64,000 bases of DNA, from the NCBI GenBank assembly GCA_963695095.1, contig CAVOFT010000001.1, forward strand, positions 864,001 to 928,000, in the 5' to 3' direction. Every line of letters begins with the position of its first letter. Within the stretch, counting starts at the first letter, position 1. A program made the translations under genes and the position numbers. Below are positions 10,300 through 20,811 of the stretch, one piece after another. Below the pieces are notes generated by a model. That model was not told the DNA's origin and ran no database searches. It saw only the letters and a program-made list of their open reading frames with translations. Source of the stretch: an uncultured bacterium. Its GTDB lineage: Bacteria > Krumholzibacteriota > Krumholzibacteriia > JACNKJ01.

Positions 10300-11486
10300 T
10301 TCCCGACGCCGGTGACCTGCGGCAGCGGAGCTCTCCTGCGCGGCGGCCCGGAAGCGATGCTCAGCCTCGAGTACGGGCTCGAGCTCTGGGCTTCGACACA
10401 GGCATGGGAATCACCTGCGACTGGTTGATCATCGCGATGCGCAGCAGCTTGTAGCCCGCGGTGACGATCACCGCCAGCGGCACCAGCAGATGGATCAGCG
10501 CCATCGGCGTGCCATAGAAGGGCAGCGCGACCGCGAAGACCGCCATGCCCCGCCAGCGCCGTGCAAGCGTCGCCAGCGTCCAGCCGCTGCCCAGGCCCGC
10601 GCGCAGCAGGCGGTGGTGGATGTGCTGGGTGTCGGCGACGGAAGGGGCTCAGACCCAATGCGCCGCCGGCGGATGATCGACAGCAGCACGTCCAGGATTC
10701 CGATCGCGTAGGCCGCGACGGCGAAGGCCAGCGGCGCGCCAGCTCGAGCCGGCCGCCCGGGCGCTGCGCCATCACCAGGGCCAGCACCGCGATGCCCAGG
10801 CCGACGCTCAGGCTCCCCGAGTCGCCCATGAACACCTTGCCGCGCCCGCGCAGGTTGCAGACGAGGAACACCACGGCCAGCGCCGCCGCCGCGATCGCGA
10901 GCGGGGCCGCGCCACTGCCGATGTAGAGCCCGAAGCCCCCCAGCGCCAGCAGGGCAATCAGGTTCATCCCGCCGGAGAGGCCGTCCATGCCGTCCATGAG
11001 ATTGCTGGTGTTCATGAAGCCCATGAACCAGAACATCGTCAGCGGCAGGGAGACGATGCTCAGCTCGAGCGTCCAGCCGCCGAAGGCGATGTCATCCAGC
11101 CGGAAGCCCGCGCCCCAGAGCAGAGCGGCCACGCCGGCCTGCACCAGCAGGCGCTTGCGCGCGGAGATGCCGCGCAGGTCGTCGATGAAGCCCGTCGTGA
11201 AGATGGCCCCGAAGGCCAGGCCCAGGGCCAGGGCGGAGGCGGTGGCCATGCCCGGCGAGCCGGCCATCAGCCAGAGCAGGTAAGCCAGCGCCATCGGCGC
11301 GAAGATGCCCGGCCCGCCCGAGAGCGGCACCGGCCGCGCGTGGATCTTGCGCGGATTGGGATGGTCAAGGAGGCCGATGGCCATGGCGGTGCTGCGGCTC
11401 AGCTCCTGGCTGATCCAGCCCAGCCCAAGCACCAGCGGTACGAGGGCGTACCACGGCAATCCCAGCCACTCCGTGATCAGAGGCAT
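10296..11486 (-). CDS. wecA: UDP-GlcNAc:undecaprenyl-phosphate GlcNAc-1-P transferase (WecA/MraY-like); C-terminal frameshifts
   Basis: DHPNPRKIH..PVPLSGG, GFIDD, NLMDGMDGL, VFMGDSGS. The 'PF.AD.QHIHHRLL' motif is in a shifted frame. ATG at 11486 follows a GGAGG RBS. Confidence 0.85.
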   Translation of the reverse strand: MPLITEWLGLPWYALVPLVLGLGWISQELSRSTAMAIGLLDHPNPRKIHARPVPLSGGPGIFAPMALAYLLWLMAGSPGMATASALALGLAFGAIFTTGFIDDLRGISARKRLLVQAGVAALLWGAGFRLDDIAFGGWTLELSIVSLPLTMFWFMGFMNTSNLMDGMDGLSGGMNLIALLALGGFGLYIGSGAAPLAIAAAALAVVFLVCNLRGRGKVFMGDSGSLSVGLGIAVLALVMAQRPGGRLELARRWPSPSRPTRSESWTCCCRSSAGGALGLSPFRRRHPAHPPPPAARGPGQRLDAGDACTALAGHGGLRGRAALLWHADGADPSAGAAGGDRHRGLQAAAHRDDQPVAGDSHACVEAQSSSPYSRLSIASGPPRRRAPLPQVTGVGK

Positions 11487-11777
11487 GTGGGGCGTTCCTC
11501 CCTGATCCAGCGCGCCCAGCGTCGAGGCGGCATCATCGTTCGCGCAAGCCGACCTAGTCAATGGGCGCGGCGCAAGTTCATTGCTCTTCACGGCGGGATC
11601 GCAGGGTTCACGACTTTGCAGTCTCGAATTTGCAAAAGACGGGCCGCGCGCTGCCTCTGCGACAAGTCGACTGACCTTTTCCAGCCGTCGCGCGGGGAAC
11701 GGCACGGAGATTCGGGAATCCGCGCCCGCATTGGGGTAGTCCACGCCGGCGACCCCAACCCCTTGTGGCCGGACTCG

Positions 11778-11792
11778 GCAAGGAACCTGCCA
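11778..11792 (-). promoter_or_regulatory. Candidate sigma54 (-24/-12) promoter upstream of wecA
   Basis: Minus strand TGGCAGG-TTCC-TTGC matches TGGCACG-N4-TTGC at all but one position. Intergenic, ~290 bp upstream of wecA. Confidence 0.4.
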
Positions 11793-11961
11793 AGCCGGCC
11801 GTGCAGGTGGCTAGAAGAACCCCGGCGCCAGCGGGCGCCGGGGCAATGCTTGCCGCCTCGGGGCGAGAGCTGCCTGGCCAAGCTCCCGTCCCTCGGGTAG
11901 GGCGCGTCGCTCGCCTTTGAGCGGCCCGTTGTTTCGGGCCGCGAGGAGGCGAGCGCGCGCC

Positions 11962-13761
11962 CTACTTCAGCAGCGTGAGCTTGGCCAGCTGGCTCTCGCT
12001 CCCGCCGATGTTCAGCATGGCGAAGTAGACGCCGCTGGCGAGCAGCCGGCCGGCGTCGTCCTTGCCGTCGAAGCTCACGTTGTGCTCGCCCTCGCCGCGC
12101 AGCTCGCCGGCGAGCAGCGTGCGATGCACGCGGCCCATGGGCGAGACGATCGTCAGCGTCACGCTCGCCTCGGCGGCCAGCTCGAACTTGATCGTCGTCG
12201 CCGGATTGAACGGGTTCGGATAGGCCGGGTGCAGGCGCATCGCCGCCGCGCCCAGGGGGCCCACGTCCGTCACCGGCACCTGCAGGAGCGAGTAGGTGAA
12301 GCTCTTGTAGCCCCCCGCCAGGCTGCAGTGGGGGAAGCTGATGCCCAGCTCGCTGATCTGGCTGAAGGGCACCGAGAGCGTCACCTCGCCGTCGTCGTTC
12401 GCGCCCATGACCACCGTGTCGAAGAGCAGGGTGCCGTCGGTCTTCTTGACGATCACCTGCGGCCGGTAGTCCGCCGTGTTGTCGCCGTCGAAGACGATCT
12501 TCGGGAAGTCGCTGAGCCCGGTCAGGCTGAGGTGCCGCCCGTAGCGCGCGCCCAGATCCTCCGCCGAGGAGCTGGACGGCGCGCCCAGCCCGTTGACCAG
12601 GTAGTAGGTGTTGCAGCTGTAGAGATCGGCCGCGTCGGGGTAGCCGCCCTCGCCGTCGGGGACGTCATTGAAATCGGCGTGGGCCTTGGAGCCGGTGAGA
12701 TAGTTCCAGCGCGTCCACTCGGCCATCAAGGCGGCCACGCTGCTGCCGACGGTCCCCAGCATGGCGTTGTAGGTGCTCAGCATGGCCCAGCCCGGGTACA
12801 GATCGCGGTGCTCCCAGAGATCCACGATGAACTGCATGCCCCACTTCTCGCTCATGATCGTCTGCCAGATGCAGTCCTCGTAGCTGCCGGAGCCGCCGTA
12901 GTCCAGGCTCTGCTGCGGCGTGTAGAGCGGGCTGCCCGTGTAGGCGATGTAGGCGTGATAGTCGTTGGTGGCGGGATAGACCTGATCTTCCATCCAGGTC
13001 GCGTCCACCTCCACCCAGCCGCCCTCGCTCCAGGCGCTCGTGTTGTACTGGCTGGCGTGCTTGAACTCGTGGCCGCAGGTCACCTTGGCGGCGCCGAGCT
13101 GGTCGCCGTCCGGATCGTCGTTGGCGGGGAAGCCGATGAAGTTGCGGTGCAGCTCGATGCGCGTGCGGCCGGTGCCGAGCGGATAGGTGACGCCGTAGTA
13201 GGCGAAGTTCTTGAAGGTCACCATGTAGTCCGTGCCCGTGATGATCACCGGCGCGATGAAGCCGATGTTCGTGATCTCGTACTGCCAGGACCAGTCCATG
13301 TACTCGCCGCAGCGCTCGACATAGTCGGGGATGCCGTTGGCCGGCGAGGTGTCCGTGGTCGGCACGGCGTCCGTGCCCGTCGTGTAGTAGGTCAGGCGGA
13401 AGATCCCCGAAGGCGAAATGTAGAGCGCGCGATCGCCTGCCGGCGGCGCCTCGGCGTAGTCGCGCAGCACCTGCTTCACGGACTCGCTCACCGTTTCATC
13501 GGCGAGGATGCCGGCCAGCATGGCGGTGGCGCACTTGCCGGGCGCCTCGTTGCGCGCGAGGAAGCGGCCATCGACCTTCTCCGGCGCGATCACGTGGTAG
13601 ATGATGTTCAGGGCCGCCTCGTCGTGGCTGATCAGGCCCTGGGCCTCGGCGGCCTCGAGATTGAGAATCGTCTGCGGCACGCCCGGACGGGCGAGCGCGG
13701 CGCCGACCAGGAGCGCCAAGATGGCCCCGGCGGCGAGCAGGCGAACGGTTAGCGAACGCAT
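11962..13761 (-). CDS. Secreted zinc metalloprotease (MXAN_6640-like) with C-terminal FlgD-Ig/T9SS-type sorting domain
   Basis: Signal peptide, HEFKH (HExxH), W.E..ATWMED. C-terminus YPNPFNPATTIKFEL...GRLLASGVYF...KLTLLK. Confidence 0.8.
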   Translation of the reverse strand: MRSLTVRLLAAGAILALLVGAALARPGVPQTILNLEAAEAQGLISHDEAALNIIYHVIAPEKVDGRFLARNEAPGKCATAMLAGILADETVSESVKQVLRDYAEAPPAGDRALYISPSGIFRLTYYTTGTDAVPTTDTSPANGIPDYVERCGEYMDWSWQYEITNIGFIAPVIITGTDYMVTFKNFAYYGVTYPLGTGRTRIELHRNFIGFPANDDPDGDQLGAAKVTCGHEFKHASQYNTSAWSEGGWVEVDATWMEDQVYPATNDYHAYIAYTGSPLYTPQQSLDYGGSGSYEDCIWQTIMSEKWGMQFIVDLWEHRDLYPGWAMLSTYNAMLGTVGSSVAALMAEWTRWNYLTGSKAHADFNDVPDGEGGYPDAADLYSCNTYYLVNGLGAPSSSSAEDLGARYGRHLSLTGLSDFPKIVFDGDNTADYRPQVIVKKTDGTLLFDTVVMGANDDGEVTLSVPFSQISELGISFPHCSLAGGYKSFTYSLLQVPVTDVGPLGAAAMRLHPAYPNPFNPATTIKFELAAEASVTLTIVSPMGRVHRTLLAGELRGEGEHNVSFDGKDDAGRLLASGVYFAMLNIGGSESQLAKLTLLK

Positions 13762-13904
13762 GACATCCCCCCTTCACTTCAGTGAACAGAATCGCCCAAG
13801 CACAATGAGGGCGGCCCCGTCAGGGGAGCCGCCCGGAGAGTCCGGTGCCCTTGAGTATAGCACGCCGCGGAGCGCCGGCATAGGCTGGGGTCGGCCGGAC
13901 GGCC

Positions 13905-15018
13905 TCAGGCCCTGCCCGCGGCGCGGCGCCGGAAGCGGCCCGCGTAGCGCCGGTGCTGGCGCCAGAGCAGGCGGCGCAGCTCCTCGCGCCGGCCGGGCCG
14001 GGGCCCGCGCGCCGTGAGCGCCGTCAGCAGCATCAGCATCTGCTCGGCGTCGCTGCGGCTCACCCATTCGGCCGCCGCGCCGCGGGGGCCCATGTTGTGG
14101 TAGTTGGCCAGGGCCACGGCCAGCGCGCAGGCCGGCCGCCCCTCGAGCTGGTAGAGGCTGGCCTCGCAGGCGCCGCCCGGCATCAGCGCGCGCTGGAAGC
14201 GGAAGCCCGGCTCCGTCTTGGCCAGGCCCTCGGCGGTCTCGGTGAGCCAGCGGGTCAGCTCGTCGTCGTAGACGCTGAGGCGGTCGCCCACGCGCACGAC
14301 CGGCCCGGCGCCGATCTTGAAGCCCGGCAGCTCGCGGCTGGTCTCCATGACCACCATCGGCACGCGCCTGGGCAGGAGGCCGCTGCGCATCAGCTCCATC
14401 GCGCCGACGAAGCCCACCTCCTCGGCCACGGTGAAGACGCCGTAGACGTGCGCGCGGCGCTTCTCGGCGCTGAAGTCGTCCAGCAGCTTCAGGATGAGCG
14501 CCGCGCTGAGCACGTTGTCGATCGCCTTGGAGCGGATCTTCCCGCCGGCCAGCGAGAGCCGCACGAGATCGAAGTGGCCCCAGTCGCCCACGGCCACGGG
14601 GCCCGCGCAGCGCACGCGCAGGGTCGTGTCCTCCTTGCGGCGGTCCTTGGCCATCTTCACGGCGAGCACCTCGGCGCGCACGGGCCCGGCCGCGCTGACC
14701 AGCAGGATGCGGGAGTTGCGCAGGGTGCGGCTCGTCGACGCCGCCGAGCAGGCGCAGCCGGGCGATGCGCCCGCGCAGGGCGATCACCTCGAAGCCGGGA
14801 TGGTCCGTGTGGCAGGTGAAGGCCACGGGCCGCTGGCCCCGGCGCGGCGCGCGGTACTCGAGCACCAGGTTGCCCGCGCGATCCTCCTTCAGCCCGAGGC
14901 CGCGCTCGCGCGCGAAGGCCTTGATGCGCCCGGTGACGAGCTGCTCGTGGAAGGGCGCCGTCGAGAGGGGAAGGATCTCGGCCAGCCAGTCGTCGAGGCT
15001 GCGCGCGCGGGTCTTCAT
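13905..15018 (-). CDS. M42/M20/M28-family zinc peptidase; frameshift near 14735
   Basis: TAPFHE, CHTDHPGF, LGGV, KAIDN, FTVAEEVG, GGACEA, NYHN motifs across two frames. ATG at 15018. Confidence 0.8.
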
Positions 15019-15184
15019 GCCTTCGTCCTTCCGATAAAACGAAACTTCGCTAAAATGACGCACTCGTCTTGGAGCCCACTGGGACGCAGCCCTATCTTTC
15101 AAACGAGCCTGCTGCCGCGGCGTCCAAGCCATGAACGAGCCGCGGAAGGCTCCAGGAATCGGAGACTTGCGAAAGGGGGCTATC

Positions 15185-16051
15185 ATGGACACCGCCAAGC
15201 ACTGCGCGCGACGCTTCATCGCCGAAATCGATGCCCACAACCCCCGCTTCAGCCCCCTGCGCGCCGCCCTGGCCCTGAGCCAGGCGGCCGACCCCGAGCG
15301 CTTGCCCAGCGAAGTGCTCCTGCCCCTGCTCCAGGGAATGCCCGAGCTGGACAGCCAGCTCGGCGGCCTGGGCAAACCCTACCAGAAGTTCGAAGCCCTG
15401 AGCAGCTACTTCTACGGCAGCCTGGGCTTCCAGGCCGCCGGCGACGATGAGAACGGTCTGGCTGCCGTTGACCTCCACGCCGTGGTCGCCCGCCGCCGTG
15501 GGCGCTCGATCAGCCTGGCGCTGCTCTACTACGACCTCGCGCGCCGGCTCGCCTTTCCACTGCGGCCCCTCGCGCTGCCCGGTGGCGTGCTGCTGGGCAG
15601 CCACTGGCTGCCGCGCGGCCAGGTGATCGACCCGGCCGACGGCGCCCTGCTGCCCCTGGCCGCGGCGCGGCATCGGGTCGAGCTGCTGCTGACCGGCCGC
15701 CATCTCTCCTTCCAGCCCGAGCGCCTGCTGCCGCTGTCCTCGCGCCAGCTCCTGGAGCGCTACCTGCTCGCGATGCGGGCCGTCTACCTGGCCGAAGGCC
15801 GCGAGGAGGAGGCCCTGCGCGCCGCCGACTGGCGCGTGCGCCTGGCCCCGCAGAGCGCGGCCGCCCGCTGGGACCGCGGCCTGCTGCTCTACGCGCTGGA
15901 CCGCTACGGCGAGGCCGACCGCGATCTCGCGGGCCTGCTCGGCCGCGGCGGCAAGCGCCAGGCCGACGAGGGCGGCGCCCGGGAAGCGCGCGCCGAGGTG
16001 AACCGCCTCCTCGCCAGCCTCGAGCGGCCGCAGGGCGCCCCCGGCCCTTGA
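15185..16051 (+). CDS. SirB1-like transglutaminase-fold protein with C-terminal TPR
   Basis: LGF......N....L..V..RRRG..ISLALLY..LARRL......LPG, IDP..G, and TPR 'WDRGLLLYAL'. ATG at 15185 with RBS. Confidence 0.75.
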   Translation: MDTAKHCARRFIAEIDAHNPRFSPLRAALALSQAADPERLPSEVLLPLLQGMPELDSQLGGLGKPYQKFEALSSYFYGSLGFQAAGDDENGLAAVDLHAVVARRRGRSISLALLYYDLARRLAFPLRPLALPGGVLLGSHWLPRGQVIDPADGALLPLAAARHRVELLLTGRHLSFQPERLLPLSSRQLLERYLLAMRAVYLAEGREEEALRAADWRVRLAPQSAAARWDRGLLLYALDRYGEADRDLAGLLGRGGKRQADEGGAREARAEVNRLLASLERPQGAPGP

Positions 16052-16076
16052 TTCCGCGGCCCGGATAGCGTAGCCT
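16048..16076 (+). promoter_or_regulatory. Putative sigma70 promoter of the pyr operon
   Basis: TTGATT(16048-53)-17 bp-TAGCCT(16071-76), directly upstream of the PyrR leader. Confidence 0.6.
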
Positions 16077-16099
16077 ATGGCCAGCCCGAGACCCCCGGG

Positions 16100-16195
16100 C
16101 CTCCTTTAATTCGATCCCGTGAGGTCGAGAAGGGATCTGGCCATGTGCCACGCGGCGAACCCGAAGCCCTGCGCCGACCGGCGGGGCCTTTTTTG
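16100..16195 (+). promoter_or_regulatory. PyrR-binding RNA leader and attenuator terminator
   Basis: CCTTTAA-TTCGA-TCCCGTGAGG-TCGA-GAAGG (16103-16133) fits the PyrR binding loop (CUUUAA...ARUCCNGNGAGGYU). It is followed by a GC hairpin (16166-16188) and a T6 run upstream of pyrR. Confidence 0.85.
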
Positions 16196-16258
16196 TGCCC
16201 GGTCCCGCCGATCCGCCTGAGCACGAGCCAGAGCCCCAGCCCACGCGCCGGAGGATGC

Positions 16259-16825
16259 ATGGAAGCCAACTCGCTGCCCGCCTTTCACCAGAAGGCCCAG
16301 CTCATGAGCGCCGAGCAGATGCTGCGCGCCATCAAGCGGATGACGCATGAGATCCTCGAGCGCAACGAGTCCAGCCGCGACCTGATCATCATGGGCATCG
16401 CCCGCCGCGGCGTGCCGATGGCCGAGCGCATCGCCGTCTACATGCAGAAGGTGGAGGGGCGGCCGATCAGCGTGGGCAGCCTGGACATCACCTTCTACCG
16501 CGACGACCTGCGCACCATCGGTCCGCAGCCGCGCGTCGGCGAGACGCGCATTCCGGGCGACATCCAGAACCGCACGATCGTGCTCGTCGACGACGTGCTC
16601 TTCACCGGCCGCACGGTGCGCTCGGCCATGGACGAGCTGATGGACTACGGCCGCCCCGCCGCCATCCAGCTCGCCGTGATGATCGACCGCGGCCACCGCG
16701 AGCTGCCCGTGCGCGCGGACTACGTGGGCAAGAACGTGCCCACCTCGCAGCGCGAGATCGTCAAGGTGCGCTTCACGGAGATCGACGGCGTCGACGAGGT
16801 GCTGCTCGGCGAGGTGGAAGCATGA
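16259..16825 (+). CDS. pyrR: Pyrimidine attenuation regulator / uracil phosphoribosyltransferase
   Basis: [39 protein letters not shown]. Confidence 0.97.
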   Translation: MEANSLPAFHQKAQLMSAEQMLRAIKRMTHEILERNESSRDLIIMGIARRGVPMAERIAVYMQKVEGRPISVGSLDITFYRDDLRTIGPQPRVGETRIPGDIQNRTIVLVDDVLFTGRTVRSAMDELMDYGRPAAIQLAVMIDRGHRELPVRADYVGKNVPTSQREIVKVRFTEIDGVDEVLLGEVEA

Positions 16826-17844
16826 CCTACACGCGCAAGGACCTGCTCGACCTGGAGAGCCTGAGCGCCGAGGAGATCGCGCTCTTCCTCGACACGGCCG
16901 AGAAGTTTCGCGAAGTGGGCGAGCGCGAGGTCAAGAAGGTGCCCACCCTGCGCGGCTACACCGTGTGCAACCTCTTCTTCGAGAACAGCACGCGCACGCG
17001 CATCAGCTTCGAGCTGGCCGAGAAGCGCCTCAGCGCCGACATCGTCAACTTCTCGGCCTCCACCAGCAGCGTGGCCAAGGGCGAGACCCTGCTCGACACC
17101 GCCGAGAACCTGCTGGCGATGAAGATGGACATGTTCGTCATCCGCCACGCCGCCAGCGGCGCGCCGCACTTCCTGGCCGCGCGCGTGCCGGCCAGCGTCA
17201 TCAACGCCGGCGACGGCACGCACGAGCACCCCACGCAGGGCCTGCTGGACCTGCTCACCCTGCGCCGGCATCTGGGCGATCTCGCCGGGCGCAAGATCGT
17301 CATCGTGGGCGACGTCCTGCACAGCCGCGTCGCGCGCAGCAACATCCACGGGCTCACCAAGCTCGGCGCGCAGGTGACGCTCTGCGGGCCGCCCACGCTG
17401 CTGCCGCGCGAGTTCGCCGAGCTGGGCGCGACGCTCGACTACGATCTCGCGCGCGCCCTGGAGGGCGCCGAGGCGGTGAACGTCCTGCGCATCCAGCGCG
17501 AGCGGCAGGAGAGCGGCCTCCTGCCCAGCCTGCGCGCCTACGCGCGCGACTGGCAGCTCCGGGCCGAGCACCTCGAGCGCATGGCGCCGAACGCCATCGT
17601 CATGCATCCCGGGCCCATGAACCGCGGCGTCGAGATCGCCCAGGACGTGGCCGACGGGCCGCGCGCGGTCATTCTCGAGCAGGTGACCAACGGGGTCGCC
17701 GTGCGCATGGCCGTGCTCTACCTGCTCAGCGAGGCGCAGCGCCGCGCCGAGGGCGGCCAGGGCGCCGGCCCGGACAGCGCCTCGCGCGGGCAGGGGGCCG
17801 GCGACCGGCCCGCGGACACCCTCATCGCCCAGGCCGACGCCTGA
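16822..17844 (+). CDS. pyrB: Aspartate carbamoyltransferase catalytic subunit
   Basis: [35 protein letters not shown]. Confidence 0.97.
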   Translation: MTYTRKDLLDLESLSAEEIALFLDTAEKFREVGEREVKKVPTLRGYTVCNLFFENSTRTRISFELAEKRLSADIVNFSASTSSVAKGETLLDTAENLLAMKMDMFVIRHAASGAPHFLAARVPASVINAGDGTHEHPTQGLLDLLTLRRHLGDLAGRKIVIVGDVLHSRVARSNIHGLTKLGAQVTLCGPPTLLPREFAELGATLDYDLARALEGAEAVNVLRIQRERQESGLLPSLRAYARDWQLRAEHLERMAPNAIVMHPGPMNRGVEIAQDVADGPRAVILEQVTNGVAVRMAVLYLLSEAQRRAEGGQGAGPDSASRGQGAGDRPADTLIAQADA

Positions 17845-17870
17845 GCCCGGCCGACAGCGAAGGAGCACGC

Positions 17871-19232
17871 ATGGACTGGATCGAGCGCCATCCGGAGAGC
17901 GGCGACTACTGGATCGCCAACGCCCGCCTCGTGGACCCGGCGGCCGGCACCGTGGCGCCCGGCGCCCTGCGCGTCAGCGGCGGCAGGATCGCCGAGCTGG
18001 CCGCCGCGGCGCCGGCCGGCGCCAAGACCGTGCTCGACGCCCAGGGCCTTTGCCTCGCGCCGGGTCTCATCGACATGCACGTCCACCTGCGCGAGCCCGG
18101 TTTCGAGGACAAGGAGACCGTGGCCACCGGCGCCGCGGCGGCCGCGCGCGGCGGGGTGACGGCCATGGCCTGCATGCCCAACACGCAGCCCGTCTGCGAC
18201 TCGGCGGCCCTCGTGGAGCTGATCCGCGAGCGGGCGGCCGCGGCCGGCCTCTGCGCGGTGCACCCGGTGGGGGCCATCACGCAGGGGGCGGCCAGCGAGC
18301 AGCTCGCCGACCTGGGCGAGATGCTCGCCGCCGGCGCCGTCGCCTTCTCGGACGACGGCCGTCCCGTCACCGATGCCCGGCTCCTGCGCCACGCCATGGA
18401 GCTGTCGCTGACCTGGGACGCCCTGCTCATCAGCCACGCCGAGGAGCTGTCGCTCAGCCGCGAGGGCGTCATGCACGAGGGCGCGGTCTCGCAGCGGCTG
18501 GGGCTGAAGGGCATCCCCCGCGAGGCCGAGGACATCGCCACGGACCGCGACCTGCGCCTGGCGGCGCTCACGGGGGCGCGCCTGCACATCGCCCACGTCT
18601 CCAGCCGCAACAGCGTGGAGATCCTGCGCCGGGCCAAGGCCGCCGGGCTCAGGGTGACGGCCGAGACCGCCCCGCACTACCTGCTCCTGGACGACGGCGC
18701 GCTCGCCGGCTACGACTCCCACAAGAAGATGAACCCGCCGCTGCGAGAGCTCTCCGATCAGGAGGCGCTCGTCGACGGCCTGGTCGACGGCACCCTCGAC
18801 TGCGTGGCCACCGACCATGCGCCGCACACCGAGATCGACAAGGAGCGCGAGATCGCCCAGGCGCCCTTCGGCGTGACGGGCCTGGAGACCCTGCTCGCGG
18901 CCGTCCTCACGCGGCTCGTCGCGACCCAGCGCATGGACCTGGCCGCGGCGATCGCCCTCGTCACCGCGCGGCCGGCGGCGATCCTGCGCCTGCCGGGCGG
19001 GCGGCTCGCGGCGGGCGCGCCCGCCGATCTCGTGCTCTTCGATCCCGAGGAGCGCTGGACCGTGCGCGGCGCGGAGATGGCCTCGCGCTCGCGCAACACG
19101 CCCTTCGAGGGGATGACCCTCGCCGGGCGCGTCCGGGCCACCGTGCTGGCCGGCGCGCCGGTCTACCAGCGGGGCGCTAGCGGCGAGGCCTTCCGGCCGC
19201 GGCCCTGGCAGCGGGCGCGGGCCCATGCCTAG
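17871..19232 (+). CDS. pyrC: Dihydroorotase
   Basis: DMHVHLREPG, CMPNT, FSDDG, HIAHVS, KMNPPLR, ATDHAPH, SRNTPF. Confidence 0.96.
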   Translation: MDWIERHPESGDYWIANARLVDPAAGTVAPGALRVSGGRIAELAAAAPAGAKTVLDAQGLCLAPGLIDMHVHLREPGFEDKETVATGAAAAARGGVTAMACMPNTQPVCDSAALVELIRERAAAAGLCAVHPVGAITQGAASEQLADLGEMLAAGAVAFSDDGRPVTDARLLRHAMELSLTWDALLISHAEELSLSREGVMHEGAVSQRLGLKGIPREAEDIATDRDLRLAALTGARLHIAHVSSRNSVEILRRAKAAGLRVTAETAPHYLLLDDGALAGYDSHKKMNPPLRELSDQEALVDGLVDGTLDCVATDHAPHTEIDKEREIAQAPFGVTGLETLLAAVLTRLVATQRMDLAAAIALVTARPAAILRLPGGRLAAGAPADLVLFDPEERWTVRGAEMASRSRNTPFEGMTLAGRVRATVLAGAPVYQRGASGEAFRPRPWQRARAHA

Positions 19233-20811
19233 GGGCGCTGGCCTGCGCGCCGCGCCGCGCCTGATGGCGTTCGCGCTGCTCCTCGTCCTCGCGGGCGCGA
19301 GCGGCTGCGCCTACTTCAACACCTTCAGCAACGCCAAGCGCGCCTTCCGCGAGGCCGAGCGCACGCCACTGGCCCCGGACGGGCGGGCGACGCCGACCGG
19401 GCGCAAGGCCTACGACACCTGCATCGCGAAGTGCAAGAAGCTCCTGGAGCTCTACCCGGAGAGCAAGTGGGTGGACGATACGCTCTACCTGATGAGCCGC
19501 GCCTACTTCGGCAAGGCCGAGTACGGCAGTTGCCTGCGCCGGCTCGACGATCTGGACAAGCGCTTTCCCGAGCATCCCTGGCAGGAGCCCGTGCTCTACA
19601 TGCGCGGCGTCTGTCTGCTGGAGGACGGCGACGAGGCCAGCGCCATCGCCGCCCTCGAGCGATTGCAGGAGCGCTACCCGCGCTCCAAGCATCTGGCCGA
19701 GGGCATGTACCGCCGCGGCGAGGCCGAGTACCGCCTGGGCAACTGGGTCGCCGCCACGGCCGCTTACCGGCGCCTGCTGGAGGCCATCGGCGAGAGCGAC
19801 TTCCACGATGCCGCGCGCCTGAAGATCGCCCTGGCGCAGCGCGAGCTGGGCCAGGACTCCCTGGCCGTTGCCGGCCTGGCGGAGCTGGCGGCGGTGGGGC
19901 GCGATCGGCGCAAGGTCTTCGAGGGCCAGCTCAGCGCGGCCGAGATCCTGCTCGATCAGCGCCGACTGGCGGAATCCGCCAAGCTGCTGGGCGAGCTGGA
20001 GCCCAACGCCGAGAACTTCCAGTCGCGGGCGCAGGTGCTCCTGCTCAAGGCGCGGGTAGCGGAGGCCGAGGAGCGCTACGGGGAGTCAGTGCTGCTGTTC
20101 GAGAACGTCGCCACCGAATTCCCCCGCAGCAATCCCGCCGCCGAGGCCTGGTATCGCATCGGACTCATCCGGCAGAACCGCATGGGAGATCTCGCACAGG
20201 CCGTCCAGGCCTACGATCAGGCGACGAAGGAGGTGCCGCGCTCGCTCTTCGGCGATCTCGCCGTGAGCAAGCGGCGAGCCGCCCAGGAAGTCATCGACGT
20301 GCAGGCCCGCTTCGGCAGCATGGCCGCCGACTCGCTGGGCGCCGAGCGGGCGGCGCTGCAGTTTCGTCTCGCCGAGAATCAGTTCCTGCGCCTGGACAAT
20401 CCGCTGCAGGCCCAGGGCGAGTACGCTCGCCTGCTCGCGGACTATCCGGAGAGCGCCTTCGCGCCACAGGCGGCCTATGCGATCGCCTACATCGGCCGCC
20501 ATAGCCTGGCCGACAGCGCGGTGGCGCGCTGGGCGGTGGCCCTCCTCCTCGAGCGCTATCCCGAGAGCGAAGCGGCGAGCTTCGTTGCCGGGTGGCCGGC
20601 CGAGCTGGGCGAGGGGCCCGTGACGGCGCCCGCTCTGGCCGCGGCGCCCGCGCCGCCGGTCGCGCCGCCGGCCCCGGCCGCCGTCGATTCCCTCGCGGGC
20701 CCGCTGCCTGCGATGGAGATCCCGGCAGCGATGGCGCCCGAGCCGGAAATGGCTGCGCCCGTCGATTCCCTGGACCTGCCGGCCTTGCCCGAGCGCAGCG
20801 ATGAGCCCTGA
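19225..20811 (+). CDS. TPR-repeat lipoprotein (possibly PorW/SprE- or BamD/CpoB-like)
   Basis: Lipobox 'ASGC', repeated 'YP.S' TPR turns, Pro/Ala-rich tail. Overlaps pyrC and pyrK. Confidence 0.75.
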   Translation: MPRGAGLRAAPRLMAFALLLVLAGASGCAYFNTFSNAKRAFREAERTPLAPDGRATPTGRKAYDTCIAKCKKLLELYPESKWVDDTLYLMSRAYFGKAEYGSCLRRLDDLDKRFPEHPWQEPVLYMRGVCLLEDGDEASAIAALERLQERYPRSKHLAEGMYRRGEAEYRLGNWVAATAAYRRLLEAIGESDFHDAARLKIALAQRELGQDSLAVAGLAELAAVGRDRRKVFEGQLSAAEILLDQRRLAESAKLLGELEPNAENFQSRAQVLLLKARVAEAEERYGESVLLFENVATEFPRSNPAAEAWYRIGLIRQNRMGDLAQAVQAYDQATKEVPRSLFGDLAVSKRRAAQEVIDVQARFGSMAADSLGAERAALQFRLAENQFLRLDNPLQAQGEYARLLADYPESAFAPQAAYAIAYIGRHSLADSAVARWAVALLLERYPESEAASFVAGWPAELGEGPVTAPALAAAPAPPVAPPAPAAVDSLAGPLPAMEIPAAMAPEPEMAAPVDSLDLPALPERSDEP

